A stretch of 64,000 nucleotides of DNA from Candidatus Aenigmatarchaeota archaeon (GCA_016198685.1 JACQID010000006.1:192001-256000), one strand, 5' to 3'. Positions 27,166-37,121 are shown, counted from the first letter of the stretch. Translations and numbers: made by a program. Notes: generated from the letters alone by a model not told the origin.

Positions 27166-28896
27166 CTAGCGGTATCTGCCTCTTTCCCATTCTTTGGCTT
27201 TTCCGGCATCAACGGCAGCCTTGCCAAGGAATGTATGCTTCTCTTCAGGTATTTTGAGAAGGCCCTGTAATGGATCCCATGCATGCTCGCGCATGGCAAC
27301 AAGCTGTTGTGCATAGATATCCTTGTTTTCGAGGGATAGGCCGTAGAATTCGGGCGGAAGCGCCTCAGGTCTTGTGTCTGTATCAAGATATTTTACTATC
27401 TGCCTAAGCACGTAAACGCTGTATTCAAATATGTTGCTCATTTGCTGGTTGCCCGGTGATCTTCCGCTGCCACGTTCAAATATAATATAGCCGTCTTTGA
27501 AGCCTTTCTGCCTGAACCAGTATATCCATTTATATAGCGTGTCCGCGCCGCGGTCAGCGAGGGCTATAGGAATATGTGCCGTCCCGAAGTACGGTATAGG
27601 ATCGCCCAAGTGGAGTAGGAAGACTTGCGATCCGAAATCGTTGGGTAAGGTAGGAAGTTCAATGTTAAGGTCTATGTTCTGGCCCATCTCCTGCTCGAAG
27701 TCTATGCACTGCATGACTGCCGAGGAGCCTATTTTTTTGAGAAGATGATAGGCATGCAATGGATGATAAAGCCGCGCTATGCCTTCTGTTCCCTGTCCGG
27801 ATTGCGGGCATTCAAGAAGAAGCTTGACATTGTTTTTTTCGCAGAATTCCACGACGCTCATGCCACCCATGTGTTCCCTGTTATAATCCACTCTGCCAGG
27901 GCTTTTTCTGGTGGTAAAATGAGAATACAAGTAAAATGCAGCTACTGCCGCGTTGAATTCTCTCTGTTTCTCTATATATGCGCGGTTGGCGTCTTCTGAA
28001 TTATTGGAATAAGGTTCGCCTACTATCTTCACCCATATGGGATCCTTATTCGCTATCATGTATACGGCAGTGGCAAGATAGGCATCTATTTCTCCGGCCT
28101 CTATCTGATATTTTTCTATTTCGCCCTCTTTCCAGATGTCAAAGAGTCTTTCTTCTCTCATTCTTCTGAGAGTGGAATTTTCGATGTCGTCCCTTTGGGC
28201 GTTTAGAGAGTTTCTTACGTCATGCTCCAATTGCTCATCGCTGAGATCCTTGTACCTTTCGTCTTTTCGGAGCGCTTCTCTCGTGGCTTCTTCGGTCTTT
28301 TTTGCTTCTTCCTGGAAAATTTTGGCGACTTCAGTGCGGTATCTGGGCGTCTGTCTCAGCTCCTGCTCCACACGGCCCCCTACAAGATGCCTCTTAAGCC
28401 AGTCTTTGAGCACTTCAGCGCCTTTATCGCCTTGAGCAATCCGTTCATCGACCCATTCGCCAAATGGTTGTCCTGTAGGAGCTACAACCTGATATGTGTA
28501 ACCGAAAGGTCTTAGCTCGCGCTCATGAAACGACATCCATGTCGTGTTTGAGAGATGGAAGTTGACGTAGATGAATTTCAGGTTAGACGCGCCCTTCATG
28601 GTTATGCAAAGCCTTTCGTGGCTCTGGTCCCATCTTATGCGCTCTGCACTTTCAAACATGGCAACCTCGCCGATCTCGCCATGAAGGCCAAGTTCCATGT
28701 TCAATTTTTCGCGGACGCGATCCACGTAATTCTTTATGTCAGGCTCCAGGAACTCAAGGACTGTATCAAGATCAACCTGGTTGAATTGTATGCCTAGCGT
28801 GGCGCCAAAAGAGCCTGCCTTGCTGCCTAGACCCAAAAGATTCGGATCTTTTCCGATATTCCACCAGCCTGAAGAAATGCCAACTTTGTATGCCAT
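27166..28896 (-). CDS. xylose-isomerase/AP-endonuclease-2-like metal TIM barrel with large helical insertion
   Basis: LGLHGE, VNFHLS, LLLECP, CIDFEQ, LHLGDP, HIPI, IIFERG metal-ligand pattern. Confidence 0.75.
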   Translation of the reverse strand: MAYKVGISSGWWNIGKDPNLLGLGSKAGSFGATLGIQFNQVDLDTVLEFLEPDIKNYVDRVREKLNMELGLHGEIGEVAMFESAERIRWDQSHERLCITMKGASNLKFIYVNFHLSNTTWMSFHERELRPFGYTYQVVAPTGQPFGEWVDERIAQGDKGAEVLKDWLKRHLVGGRVEQELRQTPRYRTEVAKIFQEEAKKTEEATREALRKDERYKDLSDEQLEHDVRNSLNAQRDDIENSTLRRMREERLFDIWKEGEIEKYQIEAGEIDAYLATAVYMIANKDPIWVKIVGEPYSNNSEDANRAYIEKQREFNAAVAAFYLYSHFTTRKSPGRVDYNREHMGGMSVVEFCEKNNVKLLLECPQSGQGTEGIARLYHPLHAYHLLKKIGSSAVMQCIDFEQEMGQNIDLNIELPTLPNDFGSQVFLLHLGDPIPYFGTAHIPIALADRGADTLYKWIYWFRQKGFKDGYIIFERGSGRSPGNQQMSNIFEYSVYVLRQIVKYLDTDTRPEALPPEFYGLSLENKDIYAQQLVAMREHAWDPLQGLLKIPEEKHTFLGKAAVDAGKAKEWERGRYR

Positions 28897-28920
28897 GTTT
28901 TTTACCTATACGTCAAGCGC

Positions 28921-30729
28921 TCAGTGATGCCCGCCGCCCCCGGGTGCAGGAGCCGCCGGTTTTGGCGGAGGAGCGGGAGTCGCCCCGCCTTTGCCGATGC
29001 CTATCTTGTTCTTGAGGAAATTGACTATCGGAGCATATCTTTCTTTTGCCATGCCTCGAAGGTGAATCTTGCCTATCCTTTCATCGAAATCCTTTTCATA
29101 AGGCCTGTTCTTCATGAATTGGAACGCAAACCCTATCTTTGCCAGCGTCTCGCTTATCTTTGCCATGCCCTCATGGAAACCGCCGCCTTCATGATCTTCT
29201 TTTTTATCGTCATGGTCATGCTCATCATGCCCTGAGTCATGGGAATCTCCACTGCTCTTCTGATTCTTTTTTTCTTTTGTCTCTTTCTCTGTTTTTTTGT
29301 TATGTTCAATATCGTGGATCCTATCATGCAATGATTTCTTGAGTCCAAGCAGCTCGTCCACATACCAGTCTAGCTCCTGCTTCATGGCCTCGTATTCAAG
29401 AAGCTTCACAAGCAGCACATTCTGGCTCATGAAGACGCCATAAATAAAAAAATCCGCATCCTCTATTTCATCGCCCGATGCAAGACGCATGTTCATCTTG
29501 TTGATGTCCAATACAAAGAACGAATAATAGAGTTTTCTTGTGGTGATAGATGAAGTTTCGGTAAGTATATGTTTTACTTTTTCATCGACCCAGTCTTTAG
29601 TTATCCACTTGTATTTCACGACAAGCCCGTGATCTTTATGGAATATAAGATTATCCTGCGTCCACTTGTCATAAGGAGTAAAAGTCCCGTCTGCTTGCTC
29701 AACCGCCTGCTCTTCCGAGCCGGCCATACGGGCAAATTCAGTAGCAGTATAAAATCGCCATGCCCATGCCCTTATGTTGTTCACAGCAAGGGCTTGGGAC
29801 GGATTGAAAAGAAAATTTTCGTGCATATGGTGGCTCCCCATCCCCTTGCCCTCAAGGCCTTCTGCCAGGAGCTTGTGCCTCAGTATATTCGGGCCAAGCC
29901 ATTCTCTGTACATATGGACCGTATATTCTCTGCTTCTCACGAGTTCCGTTATTTTCTGATATCGCGATTTGAGCTCTGGTTCAAACAGTTTTTTCCATTC
30001 CTGATATAGACGGTTCTTTGAAGAAAGCACGACTGCTTCAGCTTTAGAGACGTTCAGTTTCTCGGTTATTATGTTGACATCTGTTTCACTGCCCATGCGC
30101 ATGAAATCGGTTATGAGTGTCGGCCATCTGCTTACTATATTGCGCATGGCTATGCTGTCTCCGGTATGTGCGTCTACCTGATCTATAAATACCGCCCTAA
30201 GCGCGTGTTCATCCTTTTTTTCTGCAAATGAGGACCATCGCTTATCTTCGGGCGCGTCTGGATCGTATTTCACGCCAAAATAATCAAGGAATTCCCTGTA
30301 TTTTCTTTCATCGTGCTTCAGAAGCTCAAGATCTGCTATAGATTGCGATATGGATTGCAACCCTGCCTTTATTCTGCCCTCGATTTCCTCTTTCTGGGCA
30401 ATTGTTATATGATAGTACTGGGAGTATGTAGGCGTCACTTCTATTGTCTCGGAAATTTTCTTGACGCCGTTATATTCCCATTTCCTCAACTGCAAAAGAA
30501 GGCTCATCCATATGCCGGATGTCATTCCAGGAGGAGTTGTGGGGTTTATCTTTGTGAACATCTCAAATGGCATGGAGCATACTGCATGGCCAAGATATTT
30601 GCCATGAGGGCCAAAATATTCGGAATCAAACCCTTTGTCGTTTACCCTGGCATTTGGAACCCCTGTTATAGGATTTCTTGTCGTAAACATTTTATCGTCA
30701 AGAATGAAATCCTTAGGTTTTTCAGGCAT
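28921..30729 (-). CDS. uncharacterised helical/coiled-coil protein with His- and Pro-rich tail
   Basis: 602-aa ORF; heptad stretch QKEEIEGRIKAGLQSISQSIADLELLKHDERKYRE; C-terminal low complexity. Confidence 0.85.
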   Translation of the reverse strand: MPEKPKDFILDDKMFTTRNPITGVPNARVNDKGFDSEYFGPHGKYLGHAVCSMPFEMFTKINPTTPPGMTSGIWMSLLLQLRKWEYNGVKKISETIEVTPTYSQYYHITIAQKEEIEGRIKAGLQSISQSIADLELLKHDERKYREFLDYFGVKYDPDAPEDKRWSSFAEKKDEHALRAVFIDQVDAHTGDSIAMRNIVSRWPTLITDFMRMGSETDVNIITEKLNVSKAEAVVLSSKNRLYQEWKKLFEPELKSRYQKITELVRSREYTVHMYREWLGPNILRHKLLAEGLEGKGMGSHHMHENFLFNPSQALAVNNIRAWAWRFYTATEFARMAGSEEQAVEQADGTFTPYDKWTQDNLIFHKDHGLVVKYKWITKDWVDEKVKHILTETSSITTRKLYYSFFVLDINKMNMRLASGDEIEDADFFIYGVFMSQNVLLVKLLEYEAMKQELDWYVDELLGLKKSLHDRIHDIEHNKKTEKETKEKKNQKSSGDSHDSGHDEHDHDDKKEDHEGGGFHEGMAKISETLAKIGFAFQFMKNRPYEKDFDERIGKIHLRGMAKERYAPIVNFLKNKIGIGKGGATPAPPPKPAAPAPGGGGHH

Positions 30730-30762
30730 TATTATACTTATCTTGGTCGTGCTATAAATGGT

Positions 30763-31107
30763 TTATGTAAGAAGCAGCCAGATACCGAGTATGCTAAGCA
30801 CGATGCCTATGAATATTCCGGCCTTGCTCATGCCTTCTTTCTGATAATCAAGTATATCCGGGAAACCTATTACAAGAAACACTCCGATGCCTGCAAGGAA
30901 AAGCGCAAAGAGCTTTTTCAGAACAAAGCCTAGCGTAAGTTTAGAGACATATATCCAGCCGCCGCCAAATATCGACAAGACACCTACTATCAGGACTATC
31001 ATAAGGTGCGTATCTTTAAGGACGCTGCCTCGCTGTTCTATGGAGAAATATATGGAAAGGATGCCAAAAGCTATGAGAACAGCTCCTATGACGTATTCTA
31101 CGACCAT
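30763..31107 (-). CDS. 4-TM membrane protein (likely start 31107)
   Basis: Four hydrophobic segments. Confidence 0.8.
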   Translation of the reverse strand: MVVEYVIGAVLIAFGILSIYFSIEQRGSVLKDTHLMIVLIVGVLSIFGGGWIYVSKLTLGFVLKKLFALFLAGIGVFLVIGFPDILDYQKEGMSKAGIFIGIVLSILGIWLLLT

Positions 31108-31180
31108 GTCATGACCTCTAACGCATAAATAGCGCCATAATTTTATATACCGCGTACTATAATAATAGATAGGTTTTAGC

Positions 31181-31702
31181 ATGGTTTGGGCAAGGACAAG
31201 GTTGCTGATTTGGGACTACATATTCGAGCCAGTAAAGAGAATAAAAGTAAATTACGTCGGCCCCCATCCGGACAAATTCTACAAGGAGGTCAATAAGCTC
31301 ATAAGGACAGTTTTCAACGTCCCTGACGCCTATGTGCAGGAGAAAGAATATACGTGGGAAAAGGGCGAAGAAGCCGAGAAATTCGACATAGACTGGGAAG
31401 TCAACAAGATGCTGGATACTTTCAGCTACATAACGGTTGAAATATCCCTGAGAGGCTTTGTCTCCCATGACCACGGCAAGGCATCAATAGTGCTAAGACC
31501 GAGACTAATAACAGAATACCCTCAAGACACGGTCTGGCAGAACAGCATAGTATACGAAATGCTCAGGCGCGTATGGCACAAGTTTTTCTATCACCAGAGA
31601 AGAATGGAATACCTTGCGATGGGCAAGGAAATGGTAGTGACTTTTGAGAACAGCGTCAAGGCCTATGGAGAGCAGCTTAGGGAGAGCAAGGTGGAAGAGT
31701 GA
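31181..31702 (+). CDS. uncharacterised protein, paralog A
   Basis: Shares layout (Y.WE, alternating beta strands, WxxFY..RR) with the next gene; GTGA overlap. Confidence 0.8.
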   Translation: MVWARTRLLIWDYIFEPVKRIKVNYVGPHPDKFYKEVNKLIRTVFNVPDAYVQEKEYTWEKGEEAEKFDIDWEVNKMLDTFSYITVEISLRGFVSHDHGKASIVLRPRLITEYPQDTVWQNSIVYEMLRRVWHKFFYHQRRMEYLAMGKEMVVTFENSVKAYGEQLRESKVEE

Positions 31703-32187
31703 GCCCAACGGTACAGGTTGAGGATGATATACTTCAGCCATCCGATTCCATGAAGATAGATTTCAAGGGAAAGCATCCTTTTGCCGCATGCGAGAAATTT
31801 CCGGAATATTTGAGGGATATAATGAAGGTATCCCGGAAAGATATAGTTGAAACTGACCTGCGATGGGATATCACTTCCGATCCGCGCACGTTTTACGGCT
31901 GGTGGGCAGGGTCGAGGAAAGAGGACAGGTGGACAAGGACTACCATAAGAATAATTGCACAAGGGGAGCAGGGCACGAATTTCAAGGGCTCCATAAAAAT
32001 CATAATCAAAGGCACCATAACGACAACCTATGAATACAGCAACTTCATACAGAAGAGCTTCTGGTGGTTTTTCAATCACATGTTCTACTATAACAATAGA
32101 AGAAGATACTTTGAATTTGCTAAGGATAACATAATGGAGATACGCGAAGCTTTACTAAAGCAATTCGAAATATACCGGGAGGCATGA
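31699..32187 (+). CDS. uncharacterised protein, paralog B
   Basis: FWWFFNHMFYYNNRRRY vs RRVWHKFFYHQRRMEY in paralog A; ATGA overlap. Confidence 0.8.
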   Translation: MSPTVQVEDDILQPSDSMKIDFKGKHPFAACEKFPEYLRDIMKVSRKDIVETDLRWDITSDPRTFYGWWAGSRKEDRWTRTTIRIIAQGEQGTNFKGSIKIIIKGTITTTYEYSNFIQKSFWWFFNHMFYYNNRRRYFEFAKDNIMEIREALLKQFEIYREA

Positions 32188-32600
32188 CTATGGGAATAGG
32201 CGACATAATAGGAGGCGTAAAAGACAAAATCCTTGGAAGGAATAACAATGAGGATCTTGATGACATAAAATCTTATGTTACCGGTGCCAATGACCAATAT
32301 GGGCAAAGCTTCCGTGAAAACGTGATGGGTGCGGCTGAACAGGCAAATGATACCCCGCCCAAGCCTTGGGAGCGGGAAAATATTGCTACCGACCCTTTCG
32401 GTTCAGAGCAGCCTTTACCTGACAGGCGGGACCTTACGATGCAAAGCGGCCGCCCAAGCCGTACTGAAGCAAACTATGATATCATGGAGAAATTGACCAT
32501 GATCGAATCCCAGCTTGCCGCGATCCGAAGCCAGACTGAAACAATCAATGAACGCCTGAAGAATCTTGAGTTCAGGATGGGGACAGGAAGAAGGTTCTGA
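32184..32600 (+). CDS. uncharacterised protein: amphipathic N-terminus, linker, C-terminal coiled coil
   Basis: MGIGDIIGGVKDKILG; IMEKLTMIESQLAAIRSQTETINERLKNLE heptads. Confidence 0.8.
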   Translation: MTMGIGDIIGGVKDKILGRNNNEDLDDIKSYVTGANDQYGQSFRENVMGAAEQANDTPPKPWERENIATDPFGSEQPLPDRRDLTMQSGRPSRTEANYDIMEKLTMIESQLAAIRSQTETINERLKNLEFRMGTGRRF

Positions 32601-32624
32601 TTTTTATAGAATGAGAAAATACGG

Positions 32625-34313
32625 CTACAAATAATATTTCCCCTGTTCTTTCTGCTCGCGGTCCTTGACTGAATCGGGCTTGTTCGCGCGTGGGCGCTTG
32701 GTTTGCGGGTCTTTTCTGAAAGTGACGTTGAGACTCTTCAAAAATTCATTAAGTCCTTCATTGAGAGTCATGACTCTGGCGTGACCGCGAATCCCAGGCT
32801 CGCCAGTGAATAGCATTGCTTTGTCAGACACATAGTTAATGAGCATGAGATCGTGGTCTATTATGAGGACAGTTCCGAAGCTCTTGAGTATCTTGGCGAG
32901 CGCCATGCGCTGGTCTACGTCAAGATAGGCCGAGGGCTCATCAAGAAGATAAAGGTCGGCATCCTTCATCAGGCAGAGGGCTATTGCGACGCGCTGCAAT
33001 TCTCCTCCGGATAGATTCTTCACGGATTTTTCCATGAGCCTTTCGATGCCCAGCTGGCGCATTATTATCTTGTCCTGCCTATCGGCAGTTCCGAGAAGCT
33101 CGGCAACTGTCCCGGCAAAATCGCTGTCAAGATACTGCGGCTTGTACGATATCTTCACGTCCTGGCGTTCAGCCAGCATCTTTGCAAACGTCGTTTTGCC
33201 AAGGCCGTTGGCGCCCAGAACGCCAACCACTTCGTTCTGGTATATAATGCCAGGGTCGACCGTGAGGGAAAACTGATCATAATTTTTCTGCATTTCATCG
33301 AAGGCTACTGCAGCGGTCTTCGATGGCTTCTTTTCGTTAGTTGCTTCGAACTGAAGCGGGTCTCGGAACTTTACGTTTTCTTCAGGGATATATCCGTCAA
33401 GGAAATTGTTTATTCCTTTCCTCACGGAATAAGGCTGAGAGACTATGCCGTATACGCCCGGCGAACCGTAGAATATATGTATCCTATCTGCCATGATATC
33501 AAGGGTTGCGAGGTCATGCTCAACTACCATCACAAGCTTTTTTTCTGCAAGCTTCTTTATCGTCATGGCGACGTTCACTCTCTGCCTCACGTCAAGGTAG
33601 GAAGATGGCTCGTCAAAATAATAGATATCGGCATCTTTGGCGAGTGCGGCGGCGATTGCGACCCGCTGCAATTCGCCCCCTGAAACCTCGGAAAGCTTGC
33701 GGTCCAAGACTGCGGAAAGCTCGAGTTGTTTTATGATTTCATCAGGGCAATTTTTCAGAGCCTCCTTGACAGTCCCTTTGATCACATCAGGCAATAGATT
33801 AACTTGCTGGGGCTTGTAAACGGACTTCACGTCCTCTTTCAAAAGCCGCTCGAAATAGTTCTGCAGTTCCGTGCCTCTATGCGTCTTCATTAGGCTTTCA
33901 TATACATCTTTTTTGCTTCTTCCTTCAGATACCATGCCAAGATTAGGAGCGAGCTGTCCGGATAATATGCGAAGGGCGCTGGTTTTGCCTGTACCGTTAG
34001 GGCCAAGAAGGCCGACAACGCCCTGGAAAGGCACTGGAAGTCCGAAGACGCGAAAGCCGTTTACCCCGTACTGCATTATCGGGCTTTCTTTCTTCTCTTC
34101 AGGAAGGTTAACTATATACCACGCATTGAAAGGGCACTTCTTGTGGCACAAGCCGCACCCTATGCACAAGGATTCATTTATCTGAGGATGGAATTTGTCC
34201 GGCCCGATATAAATGCATTCTTCTCCTTCCCTGTTGACAGGGCATGCGGCTATGCATTCGTAACTGCATTTCTTCGGGTTGCAAAGTTCGTTATCAAGGA
34301 CTGCTATTCTCAT
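32625..34313 (-). CDS. rli: ribosome recycling ATPase ABCE1/RLI1
   Basis: N-terminal 4Fe-4S CNPKKC..C..ACP/CIGCGLC; two ABC cassettes (GPNGTGKT, LSGGELQR, DEPS). Confidence 0.98.
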   Translation of the reverse strand: MRIAVLDNELCNPKKCSYECIAACPVNREGEECIYIGPDKFHPQINESLCIGCGLCHKKCPFNAWYIVNLPEEKKESPIMQYGVNGFRVFGLPVPFQGVVGLLGPNGTGKTSALRILSGQLAPNLGMVSEGRSKKDVYESLMKTHRGTELQNYFERLLKEDVKSVYKPQQVNLLPDVIKGTVKEALKNCPDEIIKQLELSAVLDRKLSEVSGGELQRVAIAAALAKDADIYYFDEPSSYLDVRQRVNVAMTIKKLAEKKLVMVVEHDLATLDIMADRIHIFYGSPGVYGIVSQPYSVRKGINNFLDGYIPEENVKFRDPLQFEATNEKKPSKTAAVAFDEMQKNYDQFSLTVDPGIIYQNEVVGVLGANGLGKTTFAKMLAERQDVKISYKPQYLDSDFAGTVAELLGTADRQDKIIMRQLGIERLMEKSVKNLSGGELQRVAIALCLMKDADLYLLDEPSAYLDVDQRMALAKILKSFGTVLIIDHDLMLINYVSDKAMLFTGEPGIRGHARVMTLNEGLNEFLKSLNVTFRKDPQTKRPRANKPDSVKDREQKEQGKYYL

Positions 34314-34342
34314 ACTAAACACTTGAATTTCAGAAATAAAAG

Positions 34343-34873
34343 CTACTCGTAGACGATGTCAAGGTCTTTTCCGTATATTCTGGAGAGTGAATCCAAGCTG
34401 CCGCGGCTTACACGTCTTGCGTATCGTCTTGACACGCGCAGCCTTAATTTCTCTTTTCCGTCATAAAGGACATTGACGCCTATTACAGGAACCATCAGCA
34501 TGTCTTCAGCCATCTTTTTCCTGTCGTCAGTCTCTTCGAGTATCTTCACTTTTCTCCTGAGGGCGTCCTCTATCTTTTTTACGCCCCTGCCGCCTTTCCC
34601 TATTATTTTGTTGACAGCACCCTTTTTTGCGGTTATGACGACCCGGTCGCCATCTGTGACGCTCTCATAATCGGCTTCTGAATCGACCGAGTGAAGGGCT
34701 CTGGCCACATCTACCTCAAGCTGAGTAGTCTTGCCTTCGTGGAGGTTTTTCAGGCAGCTTTGGCACAGAACGCCACTACCTCTGCAGAACCGGCAAATTT
34801 TCATGAAATCACTATTAGGCTGATAGACTAACTTTCTAAGATAACTTTTTAACTCTTGTTGGGGATAGCTCAA
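34343..34873 (-). CDS. NusA-like KH-domain protein with N-terminal Zn finger
   Basis: ICRFC.GSGVLCQSC; KIIGKGGRGVKKI GxxG loop. Confidence 0.8.
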   Translation of the reverse strand: MSYPQQELKSYLRKLVYQPNSDFMKICRFCRGSGVLCQSCLKNLHEGKTTQLEVDVARALHSVDSEADYESVTDGDRVVITAKKGAVNKIIGKGGRGVKKIEDALRRKVKILEETDDRKKMAEDMLMVPVIGVNVLYDGKEKLRLRVSRRYARRVSRGSLDSLSRIYGKDLDIVYE

Positions 34874-34887
34874 TCAGCGGCGGCTGC

Positions 34888-35919
34888 ATGACGGTCTCCA
34901 AGAAGATGATAAATATGGTAACAAAAAAACAATTAGACAGGGCGCATGACCTTGATTTCCGCAAGACATTGGATGTCAAGGATTTTGTTCCAGTCAAAGG
35001 TCATGATTTTTCCAAAAAGATGAACTTGAAGGAGTTTATAGATTCCTTCAAGACGCTCGGCTTTCAAGCGACCAACCTTGGCATAGGAGTGGATATTGTA
35101 AGAAAAATGCGCAAAGAGAAAGTCAAGATAATACTTACTTTTACCTCCAATCTCACGACATCTGGCATAAGGGATGTAATAACATTTCTGGCTAAAAACA
35201 GGCATGTTGATGTGCTTTGTACGACAGGCGGGGGAATAGAGGAAGATATACTCAAGTGTTATGATCCATTTGTTCTAGGTCACTTTGACAAGGACGCAAA
35301 AGAGCTTTATGGTAAAGGCATGAACAGGACAGGGAACATTTACGTTCCGGATTCAATATATGCAAAATTTGAAAAATTCACATTGGCGCTTCTTGAGAAA
35401 TTTTACAAGAGGCAAATAGCAGAAAACAAGATATTGACAGGCATAGAGCTTGTCAAGGAAATGGGCAAGGAAATAAACAACGAGTCGTCTTTCCTTTATT
35501 GGGCGTACAAAAACAACATTCCGGTCTTTTCGCCGTCAATACTTGACGGCGCCATTGGTGATATTGTATGGTTCTTCAAGCATCAAAATCCTGATTTCAA
35601 GTTCGATTCTTCTGAAGACATATATCAGATGAATGACATGCCGCTTGACGCCAAAGACACAGGCGTCATCGCCCTTGGAGCCGGAGCTTCCAGACATTAT
35701 GTCCTTAACGCCCATATTTTCAGGGGTGGCACAAAATATGCTGTGTTTATTTCCAGCGGCACGGAATGGGATGGTTCCACATCCAGCGCCAAGCCTGATG
35801 AGGCTTACACATGGGGAAAAATCAGGTTGTTCGAGCCTTTCTACAAGAACTCTGTTGAAGTCGCTGGGGACGCGACGATACTGTTTCCGCTGATAGTCGC
35901 TGGGGCATTTCTTGATTAA
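34888..35919 (+). CDS. dys: deoxyhypusine synthase
   Basis: GFQATNLG, TSN..TSG, TGGGIEED, GMNRTGN, DGSTSSAKPDEAYTWGK (active Lys retained). Confidence 0.97.
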   Translation: MTVSKKMINMVTKKQLDRAHDLDFRKTLDVKDFVPVKGHDFSKKMNLKEFIDSFKTLGFQATNLGIGVDIVRKMRKEKVKIILTFTSNLTTSGIRDVITFLAKNRHVDVLCTTGGGIEEDILKCYDPFVLGHFDKDAKELYGKGMNRTGNIYVPDSIYAKFEKFTLALLEKFYKRQIAENKILTGIELVKEMGKEINNESSFLYWAYKNNIPVFSPSILDGAIGDIVWFFKHQNPDFKFDSSEDIYQMNDMPLDAKDTGVIALGAGASRHYVLNAHIFRGGTKYAVFISSGTEWDGSTSSAKPDEAYTWGKIRLFEPFYKNSVEVAGDATILFPLIVAGAFLD

Positions 35920-35949
35920 TCTCGCGTATTGCGGTAATCTTAATTTAAA

Positions 35950-36031
35950 CATCGAATTCCGCCGTATTAACACGGCGGATGAAACAACGGGAATTCGATG
36001 TGCAAATCCACCGCTTTCAAGCGGTGGATTT
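35950..36031. other. two adjacent strong hairpins in intergenic DNA
   Basis: CATCGAATTCC/GGAATTCGATG enclosing GCCGT/ACGGC; AAATCCACCGC-TTTCAA-GCGGTGGATTT. Confidence 0.8.
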
Positions 36032-36057
36032 TTAAAGCTTGGTATAAAAAATACACG

Positions 36058-36489
36058 ATGGCAGAAAACAGCGAGATTTCTTTTGCAGATTGGGTTGCTA
36101 AAAACGGACTAAAATACGGTGAACCTGTAGCCATACTCCACAACGGCCATTATACCGCTAATACAAAAAGAAAGCCTGTGAGTCTTTTTCCGGGAGATGC
36201 AATCGTGGGAAATCTCCAGACGTTTAACTGGACACGCTATGATAATCATGCGCCTGAAAACGGTGCTGTTTTGGGCCTCAGATACCCAATAAAAGTATCT
36301 ACTGAGGATAAAAGCGCAAGAAGATATGCCCCTGTCAACGGTCGCATTCCTTTCCATGAATACATAACAGAGGGCAATAACGGCAATGGTGTTGCATTTG
36401 TCGTAGGAAGAGAGGCAGTTGCCAAAGCAATAGGGATTAAGCCCGAGCAATTGAAATCTCTCATGGCCGACCCCTACAAAGCGCTATAA
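36058..36489 (+). CDS. hypothetical protein (likely start 36058)
   Basis: Open frame; TTTTAAA box about 25 nt upstream. Confidence 0.6.
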   Translation: MAENSEISFADWVAKNGLKYGEPVAILHNGHYTANTKRKPVSLFPGDAIVGNLQTFNWTRYDNHAPENGAVLGLRYPIKVSTEDKSARRYAPVNGRIPFHEYITEGNNGNGVAFVVGREAVAKAIGIKPEQLKSLMADPYKAL

Positions 36490-36516
36490 AACCGATTTTT
36501 CTTTTCTTGTTTTTGC

Positions 36517-37092
36517 TTACCTAATCCCTATCGATTGGAGCGTTTCCACGACGCGAGTCATGTCTTTCTTGGCGAAGATGAATATGGTGTCTGTGTAGCA
36601 GCTGTACGTTTCTTGTATGTTGATTCCGCGCTCGGCTAAGGCCGAACAGACGTATGCCATGAAGCCCGTATTGTTCTCTATTTCCGCCGGGCTGATTATT
36701 CTGACCTCCAGCATGTTCTCGTTCTTGCGCATGCATGGTATATCCATCGGCTCTTCGGTTATCACGGTTGTTGCGTTGCTGCCTTTTATCACGTGAAGAT
36801 AATCCGTTTTCCTCTCCATGTTGCTGGATTTCAGTATGTAAACATTCACGCCCGTTTTTATCTCAAGGCGGCTATTTTTCAGCAGGCTTATGATGTTTTT
36901 GCCGTCGGAAGTTGCCTCGTCGCCAAAACGCCTTGCAGCCACTATGACGGCGTCAAAATTCTTCACGTTCAGCTCTTGCTGCGCCGCACGGGCGAGTGAA
37001 GAGAAGTTGACAAAGCCCCTCTTCAGGGCCCAGACCAGATACGGTCTTTCCCTTATCCATGCATGAACGCGCTTCGCTATAGGCTTTTCCAT
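36517..37092 (-). CDS. HTH + ACT-domain amino-acid-sensing regulator
   Basis: GFVNFSSLAR N-terminal domain; C-terminal ACT TGFMAYVCSALAERGINIQETYSCYTDTIFI. Confidence 0.85.
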   Translation of the reverse strand: MEKPIAKRVHAWIRERPYLVWALKRGFVNFSSLARAAQQELNVKNFDAVIVAARRFGDEATSDGKNIISLLKNSRLEIKTGVNVYILKSSNMERKTDYLHVIKGSNATTVITEEPMDIPCMRKNENMLEVRIISPAEIENNTGFMAYVCSALAERGINIQETYSCYTDTIFIFAKKDMTRVVETLQSIGIR

Positions 37093-37121
37093 GTTTATCT
37101 TATGTCAAAAAACTATTTAAA

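Noticed and set aside
27126-27386. N-terminal extension of the MNT-HEPN ORF shown in the track
   Set aside because: It overlaps the TIM-barrel gene in another frame; MPTKK at 27125 is the plausible start.
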